A stretch of 62,567 nucleotides of DNA, counting the filler, from Nemertoderma westbladi (lineage: Eukaryota; Animalia; Xenacoelomorpha): assembly GCA_032718475.1 (NCBI GenBank). It is 4 parts of 4 records of this genome, joined end to end, with 100 filler letters (N's around TTAATTAATTAA, not from the genome) between each part and the next. Parts side by side here need not be neighbours in the genome. Positions count along the whole stretch, not along the records: positions 28,443 to 43,152 come from JAUCBJ010007009.1; positions 43,253 to 56,123 come from JAUCBJ010001203.1; 2 more parts are not named here. The stretch is one strand, 5' to 3'. The notes beneath the pieces were generated by a model. It saw only the letters and a program-made list of their open reading frames with translations, searched no databases and had not been told where the DNA came from. Shown one piece after another: positions 40,323 to 52,683 of this stretch (positions within the stretch are counted from its first letter, which is position 1; each line of letters starts with the position of its first letter). The position numbers were made by a program, and so were the translations under genes.

Positions 40323-41626
40323 ACATAAATATGCATTATTTTGAATATACTGTGTCACATTTTATTACATCGCTATAGGGTCAATCAGTAGTTTCATCAC
40401 GCCCGTGCTGGAATTGAAAAGAAATACAAATGATTGAATCAATTTTACAAAATTAGAAATAATTGTTTGAATTTTTATAGACTTGTATAATATGGCAGTC
40501 ATTAACGATTAAAAATAAAAAGATTATTTTTCACTAAATATTAACAGGGAATCACTAAAATATTCAGTTTCAACTAATTATATTAATCATCACTAAAATA
40601 TATTACAACATAAAAAGAAATGAGCAGATTACAGTGTCACGTTATTCGGTATTGAGTGGAAGTATTAAGTATTAAGTTAATATTAAGTTGTATATTAAGT
40701 TAAATATTAAGTTATTTGTCAGTATATGAAATTTGTGAAATTTGCGAAAATTAATCACATGTTATAATGCTTGTTAGTTAATTGTTATCAACATTGCAGT
40801 TGCTATGGTAATAACAACAAAAATCTATAAAACGACTTGCACCTTATAAATCAATCTAGTACACAACTGGTTGAGGATTTGCGATCCAATTTTTTTCACT
40901 TCAAAGTTCAGCTTCGGATGAAGCTTTTGCATATACTGTATTTATTAATTTTACTGTGCCATAATGGTCATGCAGCCCAATAAGGATTGCATTTATAGAC
41001 AAAATACGAAACACAATATCTGGTATATTCCCCGGCTTCCGCAATTTCGTGGATTTCAATGGGGTAGACGACTCGGAAAACTTTTTTCGAGTTTTTGTTG
41101 GTTTCATGTGAAAGAGCATGTGAAAAAACCCCAGAGAGCAATTTTACTTAAAAAATAATAAATATAGACCGAGTTATAGCGATTTTAAAACGCAAAATTA
41201 GCAACATCGAAAAATCTGGCCGTTTTAGGAACTTGTGCATTTGACGTCAGCCATAACACAGCAACAGTTGTCAAGCGCAGTTGGTTGGATAATATTAAAT
41301 ATAATATCTCAGTAATCTAAAATAAAACAAATAATTAATGTAGCTAAGTATTTATTTGGATGTGTATTTGTGTTGTGTTAAGGATGGATTATACTCAAGA
41401 TGTACTAAATAACAGGTCATGCAGCGAGCGGATTCCTGAAATTAGCGTGGGCCGACCTTTTCCCTATTTATGGCACTTTTTTCATAATATTTCCTTAGAA
41501 ACTTCTTATGTGCTTCTTTGGTTAGGTGGATATGATGACTATGATTCATAGCAATGTAATAAAATGTCTTTCTGGAATTTTTATCTTGTAGTTGCCAAAG
41601 TAACCGGGTGCAAAGTTCAAACTTTG

Positions 41627-42218
41627 GCGCTTGTATTTCAAGGCGACAGTGGATTCTTTCCTTGAGATTTCGTAGGTGAGTAATGGGAATAAAACACTAT
41701 CAAAATATTTTACATTTGAATTTGTTTACATTCCCGTTGCCATGGAAATAAGTATAATGAAAAGTATGAAAAATTGTCTACCAATTCTATAAAACACCAT
41801 TTTTATTCGGTTTGTCAGTCTAAATAATAAGTTAAAATTGCCAACATTTTATTTTATAATTCGTCAATTGTGAATCATATTTCTAAAAGTCAATATTTGC
41901 AAATAAACTAAACCGTCCAATCAGAGGGCAAGATCTGTGATACCATGATTGTGACATTCCAGAATATTAAACTTCGGTTAGCAATTATTAGAAATAAAGG
42001 ACAATCACCAGGCATGTTTGTTGAAAATTATATAAGTAGTAAATAGTAGCCCAAATTCAATCTGGCGGTCATAATGGGAAATTATCGTAATTCCCGTCAC
42101 CATGGAAACGGGATTGAAAAAACATTTAAATGTAAAATATTTTGATAGACTTTTATTCCCTTCACTCATATACCAAATCTCAAGGAGAGAATCCATTGTC
42201 GTCTTGAATTACAGGCGC
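41627..42218. mobile_element. Foldback/MITE with ~125-bp inverted arms
   Basis: 41627-41750 is an imperfect reverse complement of 42095-42218 (shared CTATCAAAATATTTTACATTT and CCTTGAGATTT blocks). Confidence 0.7.
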
Positions 42219-42698
42219 TCGCATTACTACTGGTATCATAGAGTTGTTAGATAAAATACAAATATAGCTAATTACAGTCACGCGTTTTGTACCATCAGTC
42301 TAATATTAGTCTCAATTCTCACTCAAGTCTACTGTATTAACAAATAAATAGGCCTACTATAATTATATTACAGGAGATGGTAATTTGTGACATCAAAGAA
42401 GTTTACGAGATTTTAACAAACATCTTGGACAGTTCACTGTAAAGTGTAACTTTACGCACAATTATGTAATTAGTCCAGCGTGAAGTAGAATTAGTTTACC
42501 GTGAAAAATCAAAAATTTATAATAAATTCACGCTATACAAATTGGTTGGTATACCATTTTGAGTGAAATTTAAATTTCTAATATGATGTGGATCTGCATT
42601 TAGTAATAATCTCGTATTACAATATATAAATCCGAATATTAGCAACACAATGTTTCACTTTACCAATTCTATAACATGTTTTCCTGTTCCAAATATAG

Positions 42699-42915
42699 AT
42701 CTGGCGGAACAACATCGTACAGTGACATTCCTATTGGATGGGTGTGTGTAAAGAGAGATGGTCCTCATTAAAGTGCACAGTGAAGGCCAAAATCACACCA
42801 GAACATCGTGTAAGAAGTCAACCCTACCTCGTCCACGCTAGAGTTAATGAGAATACCGGAGTAATAGATTTGAAATGCATGGTTTGCATGGTGGTTGCAA
42901 ACATGCGATGGCATC
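42699..42915 (+). pseudogene. ISL2EU-type SWIM/YqaJ accessory ORF fragment
   Basis: SY.D..IGWVCVKRDG..CTVKAKITPEHRVRSQPY.V..VNE..C..C..GGCKHA (SWIM-like C-x-C..C-K-H), read across frameshifts. Confidence 0.55.
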
Positions 42916-43152
42916 CACCTGGTAGTTTTAGCTACATGTTTTGTTTTTGTAGCTCACAACTGTAGGCCTACGATTTGGGAGAAATAAATATTATTCTGGA
43001 ATAATTAACTTGTTATGAATCAATTGCCGCCATAAGTATATCTAAGGCCCCCATCACACGGAGCAACTTGTTTCTGAAACTTGTTTCTGAAACTTGTTGC
43101 TGGACCCCCTATTCCCAGCAACTTTTTTAAAAACCTTTTTTACATCCAATTT

Positions 43153-43252
43153 NNNNNNNNNNNNNNNNNNNNNNNNNNNNNNNNNNNNNNNNNNNNTTAA
43201 TTAATTAANNNNNNNNNNNNNNNNNNNNNNNNNNNNNNNNNNNNNNNNNNNN
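43153..43252. other. Artificial contig spacer
   Basis: N44-TTAATTAATTAA-N44. Confidence 0.98.
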
Positions 43253-43673
43253 AATGAGGTTTATAAGATGGCAAACAACGAAAAGATCTTAAGGTTTTTT
43301 TATGCCGTTTCTATCTAATTTAATGATGCTCGCATGGCTTTTGGTGAGGTCCGTTGGTAATAAGAGTTATAATTCTTACGAATACTGGAGTAGAATTTAA
43401 ATCTTATTGAGATGGTCTTTTTGCTTAATGTGAAATATATAGCTACAGTACATTATTCAAAGAAACCGTAGCAAGTTTGGTATATTGGTGTACCATAGGA
43501 TAATACATAAAATTATATGAATATACTGCAACATATATTTTCTAGAATCCCGTACCAGAGCAATTTCTAAGAAAAGAGTATAATTTAGGAAAAAACAACA
43601 TTTATAGAACATTTTTTTTAAATTATACGATTATAATTTTACCTAGTTTCCGTAGCAATATGCGAAAATTAAC

Positions 43674-43860
43674 AATAAACGGAAATAATAACCTGAAGCG
43701 AATAAAACTGAATAATCACTGATGCCGTTCCTGAAGCAAATTAACCTGTATAATTACCGAGGCCGCAGGCCGAGGTTATTATATTAGGTTAATTTGCTGA
43801 AGGATAAGGCAGAAGTGATTATTCAGTTTTATTCGCTTCAGGTTATTATTTCCGTTTATT
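43674..43860. mobile_element. Palindromic (hairpin) MITE with CCGAGGCCGCAGGCCGAGG core
   Basis: 47-bp perfect outer arms AATAAACGGAAATAATAACCTGAAGCGAATAAAACTGAATAATCACT, plus inner arms AGCAAATTAACCT / AGGTTAATTTGCT. Confidence 0.85.
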
Positions 43861-44285
43861 AACTCTAGAACATTGCAATATTGTGTTTATTGTTAATTTG
43901 AGGATATTGAACGAACAACATGACAGCATACTGTACTTTGTACTTTTTAAGAAACCTGGGGGTGTTTCACGTAGCTTCATTTAATTTAGCTTAAATGACA
44001 CGATCTAAATGACACCTAAATGACAGCAAGGTTTTACGTTTCACGAATCTGTCATTTAAGTGTCATTAAAGACTGTTGTCATTTAACGTTAAATGGTACC
44101 ATTTAGATAATTAGGTGTCATTTAGCCTCATTAACATAATTATCGTTCAACAATAAATTATTTTATCTCACTTGTTTCTATGATAACAATAATTCCACAA
44201 TCTCTAGAGTACAATGTGTCGTAGTTGTCATACTATTTTCGTTAAGCCATTTGCAATCATCCCCCATTTGCTTCACTTTGGTAAA

Positions 44286-45121
44286 ATGGCTAGTAGTACA
44301 ACTGGTAGTAGTAAGGCAACTAAATCTAGTAGGAAGGGGAAGTGGACAACAGACGAGTTCGATGCACTCATAGATGGTTATGAGCAGCATTGCCGAATAC
44401 TCAATGCGCAGTTCTGTTCAACAATTACACTTGCAGGCAAGAATGAATTATATGATAAAATTACCTGCAGGGTTAATGCAGTTGGTGGGCAAGAACGAAC
44501 AAGGGAACAAATTAAAATAAAATGGTCCAATGAGTCATCATTAGTGAAAAAAAAATTAAACGCAGCGCACTCGAGTATCACTAAGGAGATTAAGAAGACC
44601 GGGGGTGGGCAAGTAGAAGTGAATGTGGATGAAGTGATTGAGAATTTTACCTGTATAGAGAAAAGGATAGCAAGAATGATACCAGGGGATAGTTGGAAAC
44701 TGTTGATGTTGTTGTTTTTGACCACGGTGTAGTCGGGGAAGGTCCAGTTGAGGATACAAATGATAATAAACGCAAGTATCAAAATGAAAACCAAGGAGGA
44801 AGTGGAGACTGTAAGGCAAAGACCTTTAAGATAATCACAATACAACGTGTGGATGAAGACAATCCAATTTGGAAAATAGAAGGAGAGCGATTGGTCGTGG
44901 AGAAACGACGCCTTGAAATCGAGGAAGAACGGCTAAACATAGAGCGTCGACGACTTGCTATTGAAGAGCGAAGGCTAATGATATCCGAGAGTAAGTTGCG
45001 AAACATGAGTTACAGAGAAGGGTCGCAGAATCTCATGAATAATGGGGAGAATCTTAACTCAGAGTACAGCCTAACTGACATAAGTTCTTTAATTTATCAG
45101 TCGTACATATCAACAGCTTAA
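44286..45121 (+). pseudogene. Harbinger Myb/SANT-like DNA-binding protein (one frameshift near 44690)
   Basis: RKGKWTTDEFDALI..YDKITCRVNAVG..RTREQIKIKW..KTGGG; the C-terminal coiled coil ERLVVEKRRLEIEEERL lies in the next frame. Confidence 0.85.
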
Positions 45122-45571
45122 ACTATAAACTGCAATTAAATCAGTAGGCCTACCGTATTCAAACTTGTAATCAATATCAACATTTATACACACGGACAAT
45201 CAATAAAACGTTTTCTGACAGTGTTTATAATGGCACTATCGTAATTTTGTGGTCCCACCTTGGAGGTCAAAAAAGTACCGGTACTGATCTGATTGCAAGT
45301 TTGCTACTCCATCGCTATCGAACAATCCCACTTTCAAACCCCCTCTACCATCTGAGCCCCCACCAATTTAATTTCAAAAGTTGCAATTTCGACCATTTAG
45401 TAATTCGTCGATTTACTTTAGTTTCAGTTTCAGACTTTGTTTAGGATTTTCTCAAACATACCGGTACTGTTGGACTACACGACTGTACAATGAATGATGA
45501 GTTAATGGTGATACTATTTTCCGAGGGGACAGTTTATGAGTACCTCAAGGGCGGGCTGGTAGGCCTATAGT

Positions 45572-46592
45572 TTAAATGTTGTCGATGAGCTTGGCACGAA
45601 CATCAGCCCCTGTAGCAACTAAGTGATAATCATCAGTGAATCGACTTCCAGGGTCATCAATCAACATTTTCTCAAGTTCTTCTTCGTTTAAATCAAAAGC
45701 CAGATTATTCTTTATGGCTATGTTGTGCAGCTCAGGCTGTTATCACTTTACAACATTTCGCTGGTCCAAAGTGTAGCTTGTTATGTAAACATCGGAACCG
45801 TTGTTTAAGTACACCATTACATCTTTCAATACAACATCGCGCTTTCTTATGGCGCTTCTGATATACACGTTCTTTTATGTTACCTGCAGATGCCCCTTCA
45901 TCTAGTGGTGTCAGCAGCCACTTCTTACAGGGGTACCCTGAATCTCCTAGCAACCAACCTTCCTGAGGTGTGCTCTCTTGATATTCGTACAAGGCCGATG
46001 ATGTCAAAACAAACGCATCGGGGGTTCCACCTGGAAATTTTGCTAGACAATTATATATCTGTAGATCCGGACCACAGACAAGCATCACATTGATACAATG
46101 GTAACCTTTCCGGTTGACATAGCATGATTCATTTTCAGATGGGGTCTCTATTGCTACATGAGTGCCATCGATTGCACCTATGACACAGGGCATGCTGCTG
46201 TATTCATAAAACGAATACTTCGTAGCATTTAAGTCTGGAAAAGTAACGTAATTTGGTGCCTCTTCACATAATATTGTTGACACATTCTCAATACAACGAC
46301 TTGCACTTGTTTTCGAAATGTGCTGGATATCCCCAACTACAGCCATGTATGAACCCTGGGCAAAAAATCTTAGCGCTGTGCAAACCTGCAGAGAGACAGG
46401 AAGACTACAGCTTCGTCCTGTAAGATGTTCCAATCGTGCAAACATTCCAGTGCACATTTCTGCTACGATCTCTTTCGGAAACCTGTAACGTTCTTTAAAT
46501 AACTCTGGATGCATGCTGTCTAACGGATCATATCGATCCCGAAATATTCTCGGTCTCGGGGCACGACGCTGTTGAAGCATGAGATGCAGCAT
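45572..46592 (-). pseudogene. Harbinger (HARBI1-like DDE) transposase
   Basis: FKERYRF, ALRFFAQGS, GAIDGTHV, NRKGYH, PGGTPDA, LLGDSGY, IERCNGVLKQRFRCL. A frameshift near 45732 splits off LHNIA...DNI* ending at 45572. Confidence 0.93.
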
Positions 46593-46669
46593 TGTAATAT
46601 AGGTCTGGGTCTATAATACTTTAAAACAATGTTATTGTGATGTATACAGACATCGCAATGTATATCTTA

Positions 46670-46886
46670 GGCTGCATTCACACTGGTATGTTTTTTATAT
46701 GTTTTGTATGTTTTTTATCTCACATATGTCAAAAGTTCTCGAATATTGTTTGTCATGAAAGTATTCGAACAACATTCGAGAACTAAAAAATGTAATACAT
46801 ACTGTAAAAAGCATATAAAAAACATACGAAACATTATTATAAAAAACATACTAAAAAATATAAAACATACCAGTGTGAACGCGGCC
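46670..46886. mobile_element. Tourist-like (PIF/Harbinger) MITE nested in the Harbinger element
   Basis: TIRs GGCTGCATTCACACTGGTATGTTTT / AAAACATACCAGTGTGAACGCGGCC; TTA TSD on both sides (46667-46669, 46887-46889). Confidence 0.88.
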
Positions 46887-48778
46887 TTATATCGTTTTCA
46901 ACTACGAAATATGTATGTTTGTTGTACTCTTCTTTCAGTCTTTCTGGAAAACAAAATTCATTGTTGCTTGGATAAAATTATTTCTAAGTGTAAAATGACA
47001 TTAGATAACGTTAAATGGTACCCAGAGGTTTTATTTAAATTAAATGACATAAAATCTTAAATGACACCTTCGTGATACACTATTATTTAGCAGCTAAATG
47101 GAATTTCATTTAATTAAATTAAATGAAACTTCGTGAAACGCACATTTCTTAAATGATACTTCATTTACGCCAATTTAGTTAAATTACGCTTCGTGAAATA
47201 CAAATAATATAAACATGCAAACTAATACAAACACGCATATTCAATTTTTTCAAGCCTTGCGTAGTATTTAAATCCATTTCCTTGAATTAATATCGTCCCA
47301 GAGGTCGTGGGTACCCCTGCAGGCGGGCCAGGATAGTTTTCGTTTTGGCACAAATGCTTTAAAGGGACTATCCAAACCAGGGCGCATATTTGCTATTGTT
47401 AATTAAATGGTCGTTAAATGAGTACCAGTTATCTCTTCGCCTGTAAGGAGTATAAATAGTTCTGTGGGGTCTATACTGGAAATGTGTCGTGAGACCTTCT
47501 TTTCTATTTTTCGTACTTGTTACAAGGAGCTCTCCTGCAGGTGCAACTGCTGTATATTTTTTTCATTATCTATTTAATAAATTGTTGCAGAAATTACGTT
47601 ATTTTATTTTCTTCAATACTAGACTCTTTTCACTAGGGCAATTTCTAAGAAAAGAGTATGATTTTAGAAAAAAAAATGGTATTATACAACATTTATAGAA
47701 CATTTTTTAAAAATTATACGATTATAATTTTAGCTAGTTTCCGTAGCAATATGCGAAAATTAACAATAAACAATAATTAAATAGGCTTACATGACAGAAT
47801 ACAGCGAAGATTATCAAATATATTAATTACTCAATTAAATATAATGTCCTGACATAACAATATGGCTTTGTGGATTACACTGGAAGTTCGATAATTATTT
47901 ATTGTGCAACCCCCCCCCCCACCCCCCCCCCCCCCCCCCCCTCCCTCCAAAAAAAATGTTCTAATATCCGCTACCAGATGAAAATGACCTGGTTGTGTTG
48001 AACTCGGTTCGATGCTGCTGGTTTATTAACAGGATGGACGTTAAATTTATCAGTGCTGCTGCTACCAAGTGTTGGGTGAATTTAGATACTGTTGTAGGCT
48101 CATAGTATCGTAATGTTATAGATCCCTTATTGGTACAGGTACTGTTGGTGCGAATTTAGGTTTCCTCGGTGCGAATTTAGGTAGTCAGCGAGGTTAAACT
48201 GATTAAACTGGTTTCTGGTTTCTATGCAAGAATCACGTAATGAGAGTCCATGCTGGGCTCTAACTGCTGGAGACACCAAATTTCATACCGTTGTCACAGG
48301 CGAAAATGCCCCCGCGCGAAAATACTCCCCACCCCCCCCCCCCCCCCCCCCCCCCGGCATTTTCGCAGAGCGCAAATGACCCCCCCCCCCCCCCCCGCCC
48401 CTACCCCCCCCACCCCCACCCCCCAGCCCCAGAGCATTTTCACCCCATAATTCGAGAGTGGCGGACTGAAACCCTAATTCAAAGTAAAATGGCGGCCCTA
48501 GACCCTAAATAAAACTGTCATGTTACCCCTAACTCGTAAGGCTCTTCTCTAAAAAATTTTGGGGAATTTCGGACATTACCATTGGCTGTTCGCGGTTCCA
48601 ATGGATTTCGAGCCTCATGACTTTGGGTAGTGTTATGACAGTTTTAATTAGGGTTTGGGCCTGACCCAACTAACCCTAACCAAAAAATAAAACAAATAAA
48701 TCAAAGTTAAAGTGCTGTACTGTAGGCCTACGGTACGGCGGGCCTACTACAGTATTATTATACCGTAAGTGTGAAAGC

Positions 48779-48836
48779 AGGACATTCGGTCCCGGACAAT
48801 TCGGTCCGGACAATTCGGTCCGGACAATTCGGTCCC
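48779..48836. repeat. Four tandem GGACA(A)TTCGGTCC units (14-15 bp), probably a transposon terminus
   Basis: Direct inspection. Confidence 0.75.
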
Positions 48837-49019
48837 ATTAATTTTGTGTTTTGGGAGCGAATTGTTTCGGGGGTACCGCTCTGGAAATAAGTCGTAAACT
48901 TTGTACGTAATCCCTGGCCTTACGGCCCAATACAACTTGACTTTATCTCGCTATCTTTAGCTCTTCATTAGAATGATGTGGAATTGTTTGAATGAGCACG
49001 ATGTGTTTGCACATGTACA

Positions 49020-49180
49020 GTACAGAAATGGAGGGCGATACTTCCTAATCCTTACTCTTCCATTTGTATTCCGTACAGTAATGGAGGGCGATACTTACTG
49101 ATCCTTACTCTTCCATTTGTATTCCGTACAGAAATGGAGGGCGATACTTACTGATCCTTACTCTTCCATTTGTATTCCAG
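49020..49180 (+). repeat. 53-bp tandem repeat x3 made of a 3' splice site (branch point, pyrimidine tract, AG)
   Basis: ATGGAGGGCGATAC at 49028, 49081 and 49134; each unit has CT(A/G)AT + CCTTACTCTTCCATTTGTATTCC + (GTAC)AG. Confidence 0.85.
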
Positions 49181-49355
49181 GACGCCCCGCCACCTGGATC
49201 TTATGATGTGGCTGATTCTTATGCGAAGACGCAATTGAAATCCCAGCTTGCGAAACCTCGAACTCTGTCGGCTAAACGCAGAGCCGGATCCTTCGGCAGT
49301 GCGGTACCGCGGTTCATTGGAGGGCCCGTTCCCAGGGTCGATAAGGATCTACCAG
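49181..49355 (+). CDS. STPG2: Internal exon of a sperm-tail PG-rich repeat (SHIPPO-repeat) protein, STPG2-like; missed by the ORF track
   Basis: ttccAG|GAC...CCAG|GTTGGT bounds a 175-nt open exon, DAPPPGSYDVADSYAKTQLKSQLAKPRTLSAKRRAGSFGSAVPRFIGGPVPRVDKDLP(G). PPPGSY, F.S..PRF and the split P-G motif resemble the STPG2 C-terminal region. Confidence 0.55.
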
Positions 49356-50117
49356 GTTGGTAAATATGGATATACCAGGTGGGTCTAAATGGATCAGCCA
49401 GGTGGGTCAATAGGGATCAACCAGGTGGGTCAATATGGATCTACCAGGTTGATCGATATGGATCTATCAGGTGGGTAAATATGGATCTATCAGGTTTGTA
49501 AATATGGATCTACCATGTTGGTAAATATGGATCTACCAGGTTTTGTAAATATCGATCCACCATGTTGGTAAATATGGATCTACCAGGTTGGTAAATATGG
49601 ATCTACCAGGTTGGTAAATATGGATCTACCAGGTGGGTCTATATGGATCTACCACGTTGGTCGATATGTATCTACCAGGTTGGTAAATAAGGATCTGCAG
49701 TACCAGGTAGGTCGATATGGATCTACCAGGTGGGTCAATATAGATCTACCAGGTGGGTCAATATAGATCTACCAGGTGGGTCGATAAGTATCTACGAGGT
49801 GGGTCGATAAGGATCTACCAGGTGGGTCGATATGGATCTACCAGGTTGGTAAATATGGATCTACGAGGTGGGTCGATAAGGATCTACCAGGATGGTAAAT
49901 ATGGATCTACGAGGTGGGTCGATTAGGATCTACCAGGTTGGTCAATATGGATCTACCAGGTTGGTAAATAAGGATCTACCAGGTGGGTCGATATGGATCT
50001 ACCAGGTGGGTCAATATAGATCTACCAGGTGGGTCGATATGGATCTACCAGGATGGTAAATATTGATCTTCCACGTGGATCTATATGGATCTACCAAGTT
50101 GGTCGATATGGATCCAG
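49333..50117 (+). repeat. 21-bp minisatellite (~37 copies) containing the exon 3' end and 5' splice site
   Basis: Unit ATA(T/A)GGATCTACCAG|GT(T/G)GGT(AA/CG/CA); the first copy overlaps the exon end. Confidence 0.95.
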
Positions 50118-50726
50118 GGAATGATAGTTCCTAACAACACGGCCATAAATGCGTCAAAAACGTCAAGGCAATAGGTCCTTTGTACTGCATAAACTCAACT
50201 TCTAGAAAATAGTATATATTTAATAAACGGGGTGAAATATAATAAATTATATTTTCTAGAAGTCCTTATAAACTGCAGTTATTAAATTATTCCTCCGATT
50301 TCCCCAAAATTACATTGTTGTGATCATAGAGACGCGATATGTACCTAGAACAAACAGTTGTCGTTGTGTATTAGTTAAATATTATATATTCAAGTAACAA
50401 TTATTATTAGTTGGTCTCCCTGATGGCCTACCGTACTATATAAGGCAAACAGTATGTAGATAGTATGTAGGCCTACGTACAAGTATATTTATTGTATAAT
50501 TATACAATACGTACATATTGGGTGTAGTGTAAGGAAGGAAGGTATGGTATATAGAATATATCCAGTGGGTCGATATAATGGTGTTACATTATTAGTGTTG
50601 GTCTTTGTGTCACCATTATTTATATAAGGCTACATTTTTTGGCATTTCCGGTTTGATTATTTTTAATATTGTTATTTTCGAATATGCCTGATTGGTCTTA
50701 CAACTATACTTAGCTTGGATTTTTTA

Positions 50727-51382
50727 CGGTAGCTACTGTTTCGATACGCGTACCAACCCTTACGAAATTTTTTATACTAGCCACTTTTTGCTACTTTTTT
50801 TAATGTTCTAGAATATGTTAGCTATTTATTTAAAAAAAAGAGTTGTTCTAGAACAAATATTTATTCTTCTGGAACATTGTTGAAAACACAATATTTCGAT
50901 ACATTATTGAATATTTCTTAATAAAATACATCACATTGTTGTTATGGTAGCAAAACTATCTAGATTTATTTACACGCAGCATTTACGCATACGTTATGTG
51001 ATACGTTGTTGCTTTGTAGCTATTATGTCAACCAGGAATACTTTTGACTGGACCAAAACATTGAGGAGATTGCTTCAGTTTTATAGAAAGCAAAATGTAA
51101 TTTTAAAAAATACTAGCTAGTACAAAAATAATAGCCACCATATCTCCAAAACGTAACTGTTTGATGTAAAACATCTCTTGGTAAATAAAAAAATTATATT
51201 TAAAATTTTCAAAAATAGCTATTTTTTAAATGTTCTAGAACAAAAAATATTTTTTCTAGGCCTACAACAAAGTTTTTTTAGTCAAATATCAAACATATTC
51301 TAGAATATTGAATAAGAAGTAGCAAAAACTAGCTAGTATAAAAAAATTTGGCGTGGCAGGTACGTGTATCGAAACAGTACCC
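50727..51382. mobile_element. MITE with ~90-bp imperfect TIRs
   Basis: TACTGTTTCGATAC(G/A)CGTACC..TTTTTATACTAGC..TTTTTGCTACTT..TTCTAGAATATGTT, mirrored at 51292-51382. Confidence 0.75.
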
Positions 51383-51621
51383 TTTTTAGATTGAAATTAT
51401 TTTTATACAAATTAAATTACTGGTAGGCCTATTGAGAAAATTATAGAAAAGATTTAATTTTTTGTCTTCAAAAATTTTCCCTTTTGCCCAAGCTATAGTA
51501 TTGCCATAGACAAGTCTAGGAAGACAAATCTAGTACCGGTATATCCGAAAAACATATGGGAACTGGTACAACAAAAAGTTCATAAAATTATTTCACCAAA
51601 ATGGTGACACAAGGCCAACTA

Positions 51622-52310
51622 CAGTACAGGCCACCAGAAAACGCAGATTTGTACAATTGTGAACACATTTTATCAAATGTGTACCAGTGTAATGTAATGT
51701 TGTTGAACGGGACAATTGAACATAATTGAACATAATTGAATTGGCAACAACCAAAATTTTTTCGCCAAAGGATACAATTGAATACTTTTGAAACGCTTAG
51801 TAATCTGGAAACTCTCTGTAGTTTGCCGCGAACTGTCACTCACTGCAGCTGGAAATGCGATAAGGATTTTGTTTACCTTTATAGTGTGCGGTTAATAGTG
51901 TCTAGTAGGCAGGCCTATAGTTGGTGATGTTAAGCCATCTTCTGGTGTTTCTCTGTGCCCTCTCGGTGTCAGACTAATGGCGCGACATCTCCCTGCACTA
52001 AATTAATTATTCAATGGTCTAGGCTCGTCCATCCATATACCCATCCACTCCCATCCACTCCATGAACTTCCATGTGGTCTTGTATGTAGTTCTCTCTCTA
52101 CCAATACAGCCCATGTCTGCAATGTTACGCCCTGTGGGCTCTCTCATCTACCTGATATCAGACATACAGGCGCACCGCACACTAAGCCTTTGTCGGTCCC
52201 AGCAAGTTAGCTAGATAACTCGCCATAACCTGCCAATCAGATGACTTGAACAAATGTGTTCACATGTGATCACATTGGGTGAAATCTGCTTTTTCTGGTG
52301 GCCTGTACTG
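51622..52310. mobile_element. Tc1/mariner (pogo/Tigger-like) MITE
   Basis: TA|CAGTACAGGCCACCAGAAAACGCAGATTT ... AAATCTGCTTTTTCTGGTGGCCTGTACTG|TA: 29-bp TIR with one mismatch and a TA TSD. Confidence 0.85.
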
Positions 52311-52683
52311 TACTACCGTATATATACTAACTATACGAAATAAATTGTGACAAAAATATATAATATTATATAATAATAAATATATATAATATAATATATA
52401 ATATATAATAATAAGTTTTTTGTGAGTAACTAAGGTTATATAGATGACACATAGATGTAAAATCCATGTTGCTAAGGAAATAAATATTTAATTGCACGTG
52501 TTAACGTGATCAGATTTTTTGGCTAGAGTTCCGTATAGAACTACATTTTTAAAACATATATCATTATTACTTTGGCAACGTTGGAGAATTCTAGAACAAT
52601 ATAAAAGTATTATATACTATTCTAGCACATAAACAATATAAAAGTATTATATACTATTCTAGCACATAAATAAAATAAAAATG

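Larger units (their letters stand above)
43959..47202. mobile_element. PIF/Harbinger DNA transposon, near full length
   Basis: Left end CTG|GGGGTGTTTCACGTAGC; right end GCTTCGTGAAATAC, with further TTCGTGA copies at ~47069 and ~47130; TAAATGAC/GTCATTTA subterminal repeats; convergent Myb-like and transposase genes. Confidence 0.9.

Noticed and set aside
40060-40358. Three overlapping minus-strand ORFs
   Set aside because: Explained by a stop-poor minisatellite.
47270-47560. Possible minus-strand exons or a Crypton-like remnant (GEE..MRPGL)
   Set aside because: Stops in all frames; the similarity is too weak to support without a search.
48250-48512. Proline-rich ORFs (also 30369-30671 and 53657-53950)
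   Set aside because: The poly-Pro comes from poly-C/G homopolymer runs whose lengths are unreliable.
49333-50117. 21-bp repeat array as a CRISPR array
   Set aside because: Units are contiguous with no unique spacers, there are no cas genes, and the context is a eukaryotic intron.
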